A stretch of 64,000 nucleotides of DNA, taken from an uncultured Actinomycetota bacterium (GTDB taxonomy: Bacteria > Actinomycetota > Actinomycetes > JAHEKZ01). Below, in pieces: positions 9,329 to 17,197 of the stretch (positions are counted from its first letter, which is position 1; each line of letters begins with the position of its first letter). The position numbers and the translations under genes are program-made. The DNA lies in the NCBI GenBank assembly GCA_963706045.1, contig CAVPLY010000014.1, positions 20,656 to 84,655 on the forward strand, given 5' to 3'. The notes beneath the pieces were generated by a model. That model searched no databases and was not told where the DNA came from. It saw only the letters and a program-made list of their open reading frames with translations.

Positions 9329-9979
9329 ATGACCGTGGCCAGCCCCCTCGCGCTACCCTTGCGCCCGATGAGCGAGGACGAGGCACCCACAGAGACTGTT
9401 GACCAGCGCGCGGCGAGATTCGAGCGAGACGCTTTGCCGTTCCTCGACCAGCTCTACGGAGCCGCCCTGCGCATGACGCGCAATCCCAGTGACGCCGATG
9501 ACCTCGTGCAAGAGACCTATGCAAAGGCCTTCGCTGCGTTTCATCAGTACAAGGACGGGACCAACCTCAAGGCCTGGCTCTACCGCATCTTGACGAACAC
9601 GTTCATCAACTCGTATCGCAAGAAGCAACGCGAACCCCAGCAGACCGGTTCGGACGAGATCGAGGACTGGCAGCTTGCGCGTGCTGAGTCGCACACGTCC
9701 AGTGGCCTGCGATCGGCCGAAGTCGAGGCACTCGACCGGCTACCGGACTCCGACGTCAAGGACGCCCTGGCTGCGCTTTCGGAAGAGTTTCGGATGGCTG
9801 TGTACCTGGCCGACGTCGAGGGATTCGCCTACAAGGAGATCGCCGAGATCATGGATACCCCCGTGGGAACCGTCATGTCACGTCTCCACCGCGGTCGCCG
9901 ACAGCTTCGAGGAATGCTCGAGGAGTACGCCCATGATCGGGGCTTTGCTACCGCAACGAGTTCTGGAGAGTCATCATGA
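9329..9979 (+). CDS. sigH: ECF sigma factor SigH/SigR (redox/heat stress type)
   Basis: ATG 9329. Sigma-70 region 2 ([37 protein letters not shown]) and region 4 ([37 protein letters not shown]). Followed by an overlapping ZAS anti-sigma gene. Confidence 0.85.
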   Translation: MTVASPLALPLRPMSEDEAPTETVDQRAARFERDALPFLDQLYGAALRMTRNPSDADDLVQETYAKAFAAFHQYKDGTNLKAWLYRILTNTFINSYRKKQREPQQTGSDEIEDWQLARAESHTSSGLRSAEVEALDRLPDSDVKDALAALSEEFRMAVYLADVEGFAYKEIAEIMDTPVGTVMSRLHRGRRQLRGMLEEYAHDRGFATATSSGESS

Positions 9980-10254
9980 GCGCTCACGACAGCCATGAAC
10001 TGGACTGCGGAGACGTGGTGGAGGCGGTGTATCTCTATCTCGACGGAGAGCTCAGCGAAGACGACATCAACAACATTCGCGTTCACCTCGACGAGTGCTC
10101 GCCGTGCCTTCGTGAGTACGGGATCGAGCAGGAGGTCAAGGCGCTGATCGCCCGCAGCTGCTGCGAGACAGCGCCTGACGCCTTGCGAGCGTCAGTCGTG
10201 CAGCGACTTGAGGTCGTTCGAACCGAGATGACGATCACTTTCCGCACCGACTGA
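9976..10254 (+). CDS. rshA: Zinc-binding anti-sigma factor (ZAS; RshA/RsrA type)
   Basis: 92 aa. Start overlaps the sigH stop (ATGA). H-x3-C-x2-C motif ([12 protein letters not shown]) plus an upstream Cys (ELDCGD). Confidence 0.85.
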   Translation: MSAHDSHELDCGDVVEAVYLYLDGELSEDDINNIRVHLDECSPCLREYGIEQEVKALIARSCCETAPDALRASVVQRLEVVRTEMTITFRTD

Positions 10255-10259
10255 CCTGA

Positions 10260-10278
10260 AGACCGGCGCCACCGGTCT
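10260..10278. terminator. Hairpin between convergent rshA and bL37-like genes
   Basis: AGACCGG (10260-10266) / CCGGTCT (10272-10278), a 7-bp stem with a 5-nt loop, 6 nt after the rshA stop. No U-tract. Confidence 0.45.
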
Positions 10279-10294
10279 GAGGCCGGGACAGATG

Positions 10295-10369
10295 TCAGGC
10301 CGTGGGGCGCTTGCCGTGGTTGGCTGGCTTCTTCTTGCGGTCGCGGCGCTTACGTGCGCGCTTGCTCAT
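10295..10369 (-). CDS. 50S ribosomal protein bL37-like (24 aa)
   Basis: ATG 10369 behind AGGAG encodes MSKRARKRRDRKKKPANHGKRPTA. This matches my memory of the 24-aa actinobacterial bL37 seen in mycobacterial ribosome structures. It is embedded in a spurious 71-aa listed ORF. Confidence 0.6.
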   Translation of the reverse strand: MSKRARKRRDRKKKPANHGKRPTA

Positions 10370-10445
10370 CGTGACTCCTGCTTCGGTTCGTGGGGATGCC
10401 GCCGGTGGCGAACATGCTGCTCTGATCGTCCCACACCCACGGACG

Positions 10446-11135
10446 TCAGCCCAAACGACGATTGACCGCAGACAGAACGGCCCTGGCAACGGCGTCGGTC
10501 TCGTCGCCACGGATCACGGCGCTGCCGGCCAGCGACTGCGCCCCGAGCCGCGGCACCGAGATGGTGATGACCACCAGGGCCACCGCATGGGTGCCAGTGT
10601 CGACGACCGCGGCGCTCTCGACGGCTGCGGGCAGCCCGAGGAGCTCGTCGAGGGCGCTGATCGTTGCTCCTGCGACCAGGCGAGGACGTGCACTCGCTGC
10701 AGCTGCCCCTCGCTCGATCCCGACGAAGGTGTCTCCGTCGAGCTCGAGCCTTACTTCGACCTCGATCTCCGATCCGGTACTGCGCACGCCGATCTCGCTG
10801 ATCATGGGGCGAGACTGGGCTTCGATCTCTTCGAGCAGCTCGTCGGCGGCCGGGGCGGGCGAGTCAGAGAGGTCGATGACGGCCGCTTCGCTGGTCGCTG
10901 ACTCATCCTCGATCTGGACGACGCTGACGATGCGGTGGTCGAGGTCGATGTCGAACTGAGCCATCGAGAGCGACTGGACGTCGCGCACGATCTGTTTGGC
11001 CGGTTTACCGGGAGCGGCGAGAACATGCACCTCGGTGGGTTGCGCCTGTGCGTCGGTGACCACACTGACGGCGCGGACGCCAGGGATCTGTCGGATCGAC
11101 TCTTCGAGGTCGGGAAGCAGGCGCAGGCTCGGCAT
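10446..11135 (-). CDS. Conserved hypothetical protein (acidic, 229 aa)
   Basis: Long ORF with high third-position GC and no motif recognised. Sits where mycobacteria carry a conserved hypothetical next to sigH-rshA. Confidence 0.55.
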   Translation of the reverse strand: MPSLRLLPDLEESIRQIPGVRAVSVVTDAQAQPTEVHVLAAPGKPAKQIVRDVQSLSMAQFDIDLDHRIVSVVQIEDESATSEAAVIDLSDSPAPAADELLEEIEAQSRPMISEIGVRSTGSEIEVEVRLELDGDTFVGIERGAAAASARPRLVAGATISALDELLGLPAAVESAAVVDTGTHAVALVVITISVPRLGAQSLAGSAVIRGDETDAVARAVLSAVNRRLG

Positions 11136-11173
11136 GAAGGTGAGTCTCTCTCGGGTCAGGGATCATGGGGGCG

Positions 11174-11659
11174 TCAATGTCCGGGGTCGGCGGGCACGGA
11201 GGGCAGGGAGGGCAAGACGCCACGATGGGTGGAATCGGTGATGGGTCGCAGCCCGGCGACGAGCAGCCTTCGTGACTGCAAGTTGACCACAGCAGCCGGC
11301 TCATCGTCGGGTGGCTCGTCGGACAGTTCGTCCATCTCTGGGGCTGGAGTGCTCGGTGGTGGTGGAGTCGGACGTGCCGCCGGCAGGACGTCGGCAGGCG
11401 CGGCGAGGGCACCGCTCGCGCTTTGATCGAGAGCGACCAGGGCGGGCGGTAGGACCGACTCGGCGTGCTCCACCAGTGCGCGTTCGCTCTGCCGCTGCAG
11501 CCAGCGCAGCTGTCGAGCAAGGTCGTCAGCGATCGCCCCAGAGGCGAGCGCCTGGGCAAGTGCTTCGTCAAAGGATTCACGCGTTGCTGAGGACCGCAGA
11601 TCGAGCACGGCAGCGACGAGGTCGGCGTAGGCGGCCAGACGGCTGGCGTCGGTGCTCAC
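11174..11659 (-). CDS. Hypothetical protein (helical N-half, Pro/Ala-rich C-half)
   Basis: 161-aa ORF co-directional with 10446..11135, with codon bias consistent with coding. No family recognised. Confidence 0.5.
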   Translation of the reverse strand: MSTDASRLAAYADLVAAVLDLRSSATRESFDEALAQALASGAIADDLARQLRWLQRQSERALVEHAESVLPPALVALDQSASGALAAPADVLPAARPTPPPPSTPAPEMDELSDEPPDDEPAAVVNLQSRRLLVAGLRPITDSTHRGVLPSLPSVPADPGH

Positions 11660-11933
11660 GGTCCCCCCTTTCGATGCTCCTGTGCTCCCCTGGAGCAGGC
11701 TACGGCGTGCGCTGCCCGTCTAGGCCGAGTCCCCTGAGTACCTGGTCCAAATGGGTTGAACATAGTTCTTTGGTACCGGAGGAACTAGTTCGAAAGGACC
11801 ATTAACAGGGGAACCGCGGCCCGAAGGCCTCTCGCTGCTTGACGTTCACACCTGTCACACCCTTCACTTCCGTTTCGGTGGTGTTTTTTGCGTGCGCGCT
11901 CGTCGGTGCGCAAAAATCCATCTGACAACTGAA

Positions 11934-12187
11934 GAGGGTGGATCGGGGATCGGCAGCGAATGAGCTGATGATCTTGAGAATCATGTGTGCTCTTTCGGGG
12001 GCACACACCTTTGAGCGGAGCGGATGCTGCATCGGCCACTAGCGGGGCCGGTGACATCACAGGCAAGGGGTGATTCCCACACATGAACAAGCTTGTCTCC
12101 GCGGTTGAGCGTTTCCTTTCCAGCGGTGCTGGTTGGTCTTGGAACTAGAGGTTCAACGCTGCCGATCCCCGATCCCCCCTCACCCTT
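11934..12187 (+). promoter_or_regulatory. Long-range helix / candidate structured leader RNA upstream of HD-GYP gene
   Basis: GGATCGGGGATCGGCAGCG (11940-11958) is perfectly complementary to CGCTGCCGATCCCCGATCC (12157-12175). The helix is extendable by AGGGT/ACCCT across a 6-nt bulge. It ends 6 nt before the AGGAG RBS (12193-12197) of the ATG at 12206. Confidence 0.4.
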
Positions 12188-12205
12188 CCCCCAGGAGTCG
12201 TCCGC

Positions 12206-13660
12206 ATGCAGCAGCTGCGTCCCGCAGCGAAGGTGTACCTGACCGTCGTGACGGTCGGTGCCCTGGCTGCGCTGATCGCTGCCGCGGTACAGGTGGCCAG
12301 CCAGCCTGGCGACGTTCGAACCGAACTCGTACGCATGCTTCTGGTGCTGTCGCCGATCTTCGTGCTCTCGATCTACCTGAAGTCGCGGATGACTCAGGAG
12401 ATCTCACTGTCGGCCAGCGTTCCCATTCTGATTGCCGCGTACCTGATCGGTGGCTGGTCAGTGGCGTGCCTGGTGGGGTTCTCGGCGATCGTCCTGGATC
12501 GGCGTAAGGCTCTCTCGCGGGTTCTCTTCAACAACGCGCAGTGGGTGCTGATGGGATTGGCCGGCGGGCTGATCTTCGAGGCCATGGGTGGCGTCGAGAT
12601 GGGGAAGCTGCCCCAGGATGGGTTCTCGCTCGATCTTCTGGTTCCGATCGTCGTCTCGATCGTGGCCGTGATCGGTGTCAACGCTGCCCTGATGCTGGGG
12701 ATCCTGGCCTTCCAGGAACAGATCAAGCCCGCCACCATCTGGCGCAACATGGTGGTCACGTCCGTCGGGTCGATCTTCGCCTACGGACTGCTCGGCCTGT
12801 TGATGGCGGTGCTGTGGTCGATCGGTGGCGGCTTCGCTGCCGCCCTGGTGCTCTTGCCGCTGCTCGTCGCACGTCGGGCCTTCAACCAGTACGCCGAGCA
12901 ACGCGAGGCCTACGAGTCGACGATCCGCGCGCTGGTTCAGGCTGTTGAGACCAAAGACCACTACACGCGCGGTCACAGCGAGCGTGTGTCGCGAGCCTCC
13001 GTGCTCATCGCCCGGATCTTGCGCATGCGCGATGACCGGGTCGAGGCCTTGAGATACGCCGGAATCCTGCACGACGTCGGCAAGCTCGGTGTCCCTACCC
13101 GAGTGCTGCAGAAGACCGGTCCGCTCGACGACGAAGAGTTCGACGCGATCAAGCGTCACCCCTGGAACGGCACCGAGATGGTGCGGGGGATCGCCTTCCT
13201 GGAGGAGGCGTACAACGGCATCATGCACCACCACGAACGCCTCGACGGCCGTGGCTATCCCATGGGACTCGCGGGACCTGACATCCCGGAGTTCGCCCGG
13301 ATCATCGCAGTGGCCGATGCCTTCGACTCGATGACGTCGACGCGCTCGTACCGCGGAGCCCGCCAGGTGCCGGAGGCGCTGAAGGAGCTCGAGAACTGCT
13401 CGGGAACTCAGTTCGACCCGACGATGGTGTCGGCTCTGATCGAGGCGTTGCAGAGCGAGCCGTGGAAGGCCGTTGCGCCGGCCGAGCAACGGCAGATCGA
13501 CATCGAGCTCGGTTCGCCCTCGTTCGACCACGACGACCCCACCGCGAACCTGCCGACCGAACCAGACCCCAAGATCGCCGCTGAAGCTGAACTCGCTGAA
13601 CGGCGCAACCAGCGCCTGCTGCATCGACGTGTGATCACCCGCAGAGGTGGTTGGTTGTGA
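12206..13660 (+). CDS. Membrane-anchored HD-GYP domain phosphodiesterase (c-di-GMP type)
   Basis: N-terminal ~230 aa is TM-rich. C-terminal HD-GYP domain: HYTRGHSERV, ILHDVGKLGVP, HHERLDGRGYP (HD and GYP signatures intact). Confidence 0.8.
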   Translation: MQQLRPAAKVYLTVVTVGALAALIAAAVQVASQPGDVRTELVRMLLVLSPIFVLSIYLKSRMTQEISLSASVPILIAAYLIGGWSVACLVGFSAIVLDRRKALSRVLFNNAQWVLMGLAGGLIFEAMGGVEMGKLPQDGFSLDLLVPIVVSIVAVIGVNAALMLGILAFQEQIKPATIWRNMVVTSVGSIFAYGLLGLLMAVLWSIGGGFAAALVLLPLLVARRAFNQYAEQREAYESTIRALVQAVETKDHYTRGHSERVSRASVLIARILRMRDDRVEALRYAGILHDVGKLGVPTRVLQKTGPLDDEEFDAIKRHPWNGTEMVRGIAFLEEAYNGIMHHHERLDGRGYPMGLAGPDIPEFARIIAVADAFDSMTSTRSYRGARQVPEALKELENCSGTQFDPTMVSALIEALQSEPWKAVAPAEQRQIDIELGSPSFDHDDPTANLPTEPDPKIAAEAELAERRNQRLLHRRVITRRGGWL

Positions 13661-14948
13661 GGCGCACCTGGATCGATGAGTTCTCGGGCGGGTCGGTGCT
13701 GGTCATCGCCGGCGGCATGTTGCTTGCCGTGGCCGGGATCGCGGCCACCGCTTCGCAGCCTGTGCTGCCGGACCTCGAGATCGCGCTCGCGTTCGGAGCC
13801 TTGATCGCGGTGGGCGAGCTCGTGCGAGTGAACCTGCCGGGAGACCGGTCGGCGGCTCCGCTCGGCGCGGCGGGCGCCCTGGCCTACGCCTTGCTCGGCG
13901 ACTTCCACACCGCTGGGGCCACGAGCCCACCACCTATGGGGTGCTTCAGGTCGTGGCCGTCACCTCGATCGCGATCCTGGTGGGCGCGGTACCGCACATG
14001 GCGGTCGGGCAGTCGCCTCGCCTTGAGTCACTCGCCAGGCGCGTCCTGATTGCCGGCTTCGCCGCGATGCTGTTCCGGCCCCTGTACCTCGGCGGGTACC
14101 TGGACGGAATCTCCGACAGCGATTGGCAGCTGCCGGCACTCATGCTGGCGATCGTGTTCTTCAGCGGTCTGGTTGATGCTCTGCTGGCGGCACTGGCCCG
14201 TTCCGGGCGCGAGCACAGCCCGTTCACCTCCGCGGCTCGCGACGAGTTCGGAGCGCTCATGGGTATCGGCTCCGCGATCGGTGCCACCGGCGTCCTCATC
14301 GCCCTTGCTGCCGTCGTCATGGGCTACTGGGCGCTGCCGCTGTTCGCGCTGCCCCTGCTGGTGGCGCAGTTCTCGTTCCGCCGCTACGCGAGCATCAGGG
14401 CCACGTACGACCAGACCATCCAGTCGCTGTCGCGGGTCACCGAGCTCGGCGGCTACACCGAGACCGGGCACTCGCAGCGGGTCGCGCAGCTGGCGGTGGC
14501 GATCGGGCACGAGATGGGACTGTCCGAGGCCGACGTCAAGGACCTGAAGTACGCCGCCCTGATGCATGACATCGGGCAGCTGTCTCTCACCGACCCGATC
14601 CCCAGCGGCGCGACGACCATGATCGCCCGCGACGAGCAGCGCCAAATCGCCTCGTACGGGGCCGAGGTCATTCGCCAGAGCGGCATGGACCGGGTGGCGC
14701 ACATCGTCGAGCAGCAGACCGAACCCTTCCGACGTCCCGGGCAGCCGTTCGACGCCAACATCCCGGTTGCCAGCCGCATCATTCGGGTCGCCAACGCCTA
14801 CGACGACTTCGCCGGGGGTTCGATGGAGAGCGTCACGAGGCTCTACGCGTTGGAGCGGCTGCGTGAGGGGGCGTCCGACGAGTACGACCCCCTGGTCGTC
14901 GACGTCATCGGTCGCGTCGTCGAGCGCACGATGCTGGTGCATGCCTGA
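13651..14948 (+). pseudogene. Membrane-anchored degenerate HD(-GYP) domain protein, frame broken once (~13915-13922)
   Basis: TTG 13651 / GTG 13657 overlaps the upstream stop. TM-rich N-terminus and an HD-type domain (TGHSQRVAQLAV, ALMHDIGQLSL) without a GYP motif. Sequence switches from the 13651 frame to the 13941 frame at a GGGG run (13915-13918). Confidence 0.6.
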
Positions 14949-14966
14949 GCGCCGAAACGTGGTTGG

Positions 14967-15191
14967 ATGAGCCCTGTGGCTGAGCAGATCAGGGCTGAGA
15001 TGGTGGCGAACGTTCTCTCTCTGCTCGTCTCCACCGGTGACGCTGTCGATCCCGGCCAAGCAGTCGTCATCATGGAGTCCATGAAGATGGAGATCCCCGT
15101 CCTGGCCGAGTTCGGCGGCACCGTGACGGCGGTCTCGGTGGCTGAGGGCGACGTCGTGCAAGAGGGCGACGTCATGGTGGAGCTGACCTGA
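14967..15191 (+). CDS. Small biotinyl/lipoyl-carrier domain protein (TB7.3-like)
   Basis: 74 aa. Biotinyl attachment fold with VIMESMKMEIPV (E-x-M-K-M motif). Confidence 0.75.
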   Translation: MSPVAEQIRAEMVANVLSLLVSTGDAVDPGQAVVIMESMKMEIPVLAEFGGTVTAVSVAEGDVVQEGDVMVELT

Positions 15192-15251
15192 CTCCCAAGG
15201 GCTAGCCTGTCTGGCCTAAAGGTCGGCGCCCTCAGGGTCGAAGTCTCCCTC

Positions 15252-16419
15252 GTGGAGACCTCTGACATCGACCTCGAACAGGCCCTGGGCACGGACGATC
15301 CGCTCGTGACCGAGGTGCTTGCTGAGCCCGACGGCCCCCAGTCGGTCGAGCCGTTCCTCAAGGCCCTCGTCGAGATCGGCGGCTCGGACCTGCACTGCAA
15401 GACGGGTTCGCCACCGCGGGTCCGCATCGACGGCCGACTCCGCAAGCTGCAGGCGCCAACACTGACGAACGCCGACACCGAGGCCATGGTGCGCGACGTC
15501 CTGCGGTGAGCGCCCCGATCTCTGGCAGGAGTTCGTCGACACCAACGAGGCCGACTTCGCCTACTCCATGGCTGGGATCGGACGGTTCCGCGTCAATGCC
15601 TTCCGGGCGCGCGGATCGGCTGGGCTCGTGTTTCGTCGGGTGTCGGTGGGAGCGATCGGTCTCGAGGACCTCGGGTTGCCTCAGGTCGTGTCCGCGCTGG
15701 CGATGGAGCCGCGTGGACTTGTTCTTGTCACCGGGCCCACGGGTTCGGGAAAGACCACGACTCTCGCCGGAATGATCGACCACATCAACCAGAACCGCGA
15801 GGTGCACGTCGTCACGATCGAGGACCCGATCGAGGTCCTCCACTTCGACAAGCTCTCGATGATCAACCAGCGCGAGGTCAAGCTCGACACCGCTGACTTC
15901 GCCACCGCCCTGCGTGCCGGTATGCGGCAGGACCCCGATGTCATCCTCGTCGGTGAGATGCGTGACCCCGAGACGGTGAAGGCCGCGCTGGCCGCGGCCG
16001 AGACCGGTCACTTCGTCATGTCGACGCTGCACACCACCGACGCCGCCGAGACGGTCAACCGCATCATCGACTTCTTCCCGCCGCACGAGCAGAAGCAGAT
16101 CCGTATGACGCTGTCGGAGTCGCTGCGGGGCATCCTGTGCCAGCGTCTGGTGCCGCGTTCGGACGGCTACGGCCGCTGCGTGACGATGGAGGTCCTCGTC
16201 AACACCGGCCGCATCGCCGACGCGATCGCCGACCCGGAGAAGACGGGAACGATCACTCAGCTCATCAGCGAGGGCTCGTACTACGGGATGCAGACCTTCG
16301 ACCAGCACCTCGTGTCGCTGATCCGCGACGGCGTCATCACGCTCGAGGCTGCGATGCTTGCGTCCAGCAGCCCGCACGACCTCACCGTCGAGCTCCGTCG
16401 ACTGGGGCTGGTGGCCTGA
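15252..16419 (+). pseudogene. pilT: PilT-family hexameric ATPase, frame broken once (~15500-15510)
   Basis: The first 85 codons (...LHCKTGSPPRVRIDGRL...) stop at 15507-15509. The next frame continues ERPDLWQEFVDTNEADFAYSMAGIGRFRVNAF, with Walker A GPTGSGKTT and Walker B ILVGEMRD. No pilus genes nearby. Confidence 0.7.
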
Positions 16420-16437
16420 CCGGCCTACTCTGGCGCC

Positions 16438-16825
16438 ATGGCGCTCGAGGTGGGACTGCAGGCCGCACTCGTCCACGTCGTCAGCGACGACGACACGGCT
16501 GTCTGCCGTCGGCAGCGGAGACGTCGCCGTCCTTGCGACGCCACGTCTTCTCGCGCTCGCTGAGGCAGCCTGTATCGCGGCCCTGGCCGATGCTGGGCTC
16601 CCTGACGGCAGCACGACCGTGGGAACCCGCGTCGAGCTCGAGCACCTGCTGGGGTCTTCGGTCGGTGAGACGGTGCGAGTGGCGGCCAGACTCGACCACC
16701 TCGATGGCCGCCTGCTGCGCTTCGAGGTTGTCGCCACCGATGACGGCGACCGCTTGCTCGGTCGGGCCGTCGTCACACGCGTGCTCGTCGATCGAGACCG
16801 GTTTCTGGCCAGAACAGGCCAATGA
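16438..16825 (+). pseudogene. Hotdog-fold thioesterase (FlK-like), frame broken once (~16495-16503)
   Basis: The ATG 16438 frame gives MALEVGLQAALVHVVSDDDTA. The family-typical continuation AVGSGDVAVLATPRLLALAEAA...VGTRVELEHL...DGRLLRFEV is in the 16358 frame. Confidence 0.55.
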
Positions 16826-16844
16826 CCCGACACTTGTCGGGTCA
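16823..16844 (+). terminator. Stem-loop overlapping the thioesterase stop codon
   Basis: TGACCCGA (16823-16830) / TCGGGTCA (16837-16844), an 8-bp stem with a 6-nt loop. No U-tract (I-shaped, as is common in high-GC genomes). Confidence 0.4.
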
Positions 16845-16858
16845 TCGGGTAGGGGAGC

Positions 16859-17026
16859 TCAACGAATGCCGAGGCGGCTCCAGGCCAGCGCGTCTGCTGC
16901 GCCAGTCGGTGGGCCTGCCCGGAGGGGTCTGCGGGCGGTCGCCTGCGGATGGTGCGGTATGTCGCAGACCGTGACCAAGACGAGTCCGACCACCAGTAGC
17001 GCGATGAGCATCAGAGTCGGGTCCAT
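16859..17026 (-). CDS. Possible 55-aa single-pass membrane peptide (below ORF-track cutoff)
   Basis: ATG 17026 preceded by AAAGGACGG. MDPTLMLIALLVVGLVLVTVCD gives one TM helix, followed by an Arg/Pro-rich tail. Third-position GC about 80%. The overlapping listed 90-aa ORF 16842..17114 looks spurious. Confidence 0.3.
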   Translation of the reverse strand: MDPTLMLIALLVVGLVLVTVCDIPHHPQATARRPLRAGPPTGAADALAWSRLGIR

Positions 17027-17112
17027 GTCCGTCCTTTCTGAGAGGTGACGGCGGCGCCGGCGCGGGGTGTGCGCGACAAGCGCAGAGCTGTGGGGCTGGG
17101 CTGAATCGGTTC

Positions 17113-17187
17113 ATGGCAGTAAGTTTGACTTCACTTAACGACTGCCACCAGTGGCACTCTTGACACGGTACGCAAACTTACTGCCAT
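17113..17187. promoter_or_regulatory. 15-bp perfect inverted-repeat pair spanning the putative promoter of the GlxA/AraC gene
   Basis: ATGGCAGTAAGTTTG (17113-17127) / CAAACTTACTGCCAT (17173-17187), arms 45 nt apart. TTGACA at 17160-17165 lies between them. The right arm ends 10 nt before ATG 17198. Confidence 0.45.
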
Positions 17188-17197
17188 ACTGGGTCGC

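Noticed and set aside
11885-11916. Hairpin TTTTTGCG...CGCAAAAA with a preceding T-run, considered as an intrinsic terminator or sRNA end
   Set aside because: The T-run pairs with the A-run and so forms part of the stem. Neither strand has a U-tract following the hairpin, and the candidate upstream stem (CACC/GGTG) is too weak.
11660-12205. Assignment of the structured spacer to a known riboswitch (c-di-GMP GEMM, ydaO/c-di-AMP) or to 6S/Ms1 RNA
   Set aside because: I see fragments like GGGGAACC and CCCGAAGGCC but cannot align the conserved cores from memory. Naming a family would be guesswork without cmscan.
15495-15515. Programmed ribosomal frameshifting at the pilT break (and at other breaks)
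   Set aside because: There is no slippery heptamer or downstream structure at the junctions I inspected. The breaks occur in unrelated genes, often at plain G/C runs.
14028-16845. Long minus-strand ORFs 14028..15161 (377 aa) and 15358..16845 (495 aa), antisense to the HD protein, pilT and thioesterase
   Set aside because: Low-complexity R/G/D/H-rich sequence with no motifs. The sense strand carries recognisable domains, so these are classic antisense shadow ORFs.
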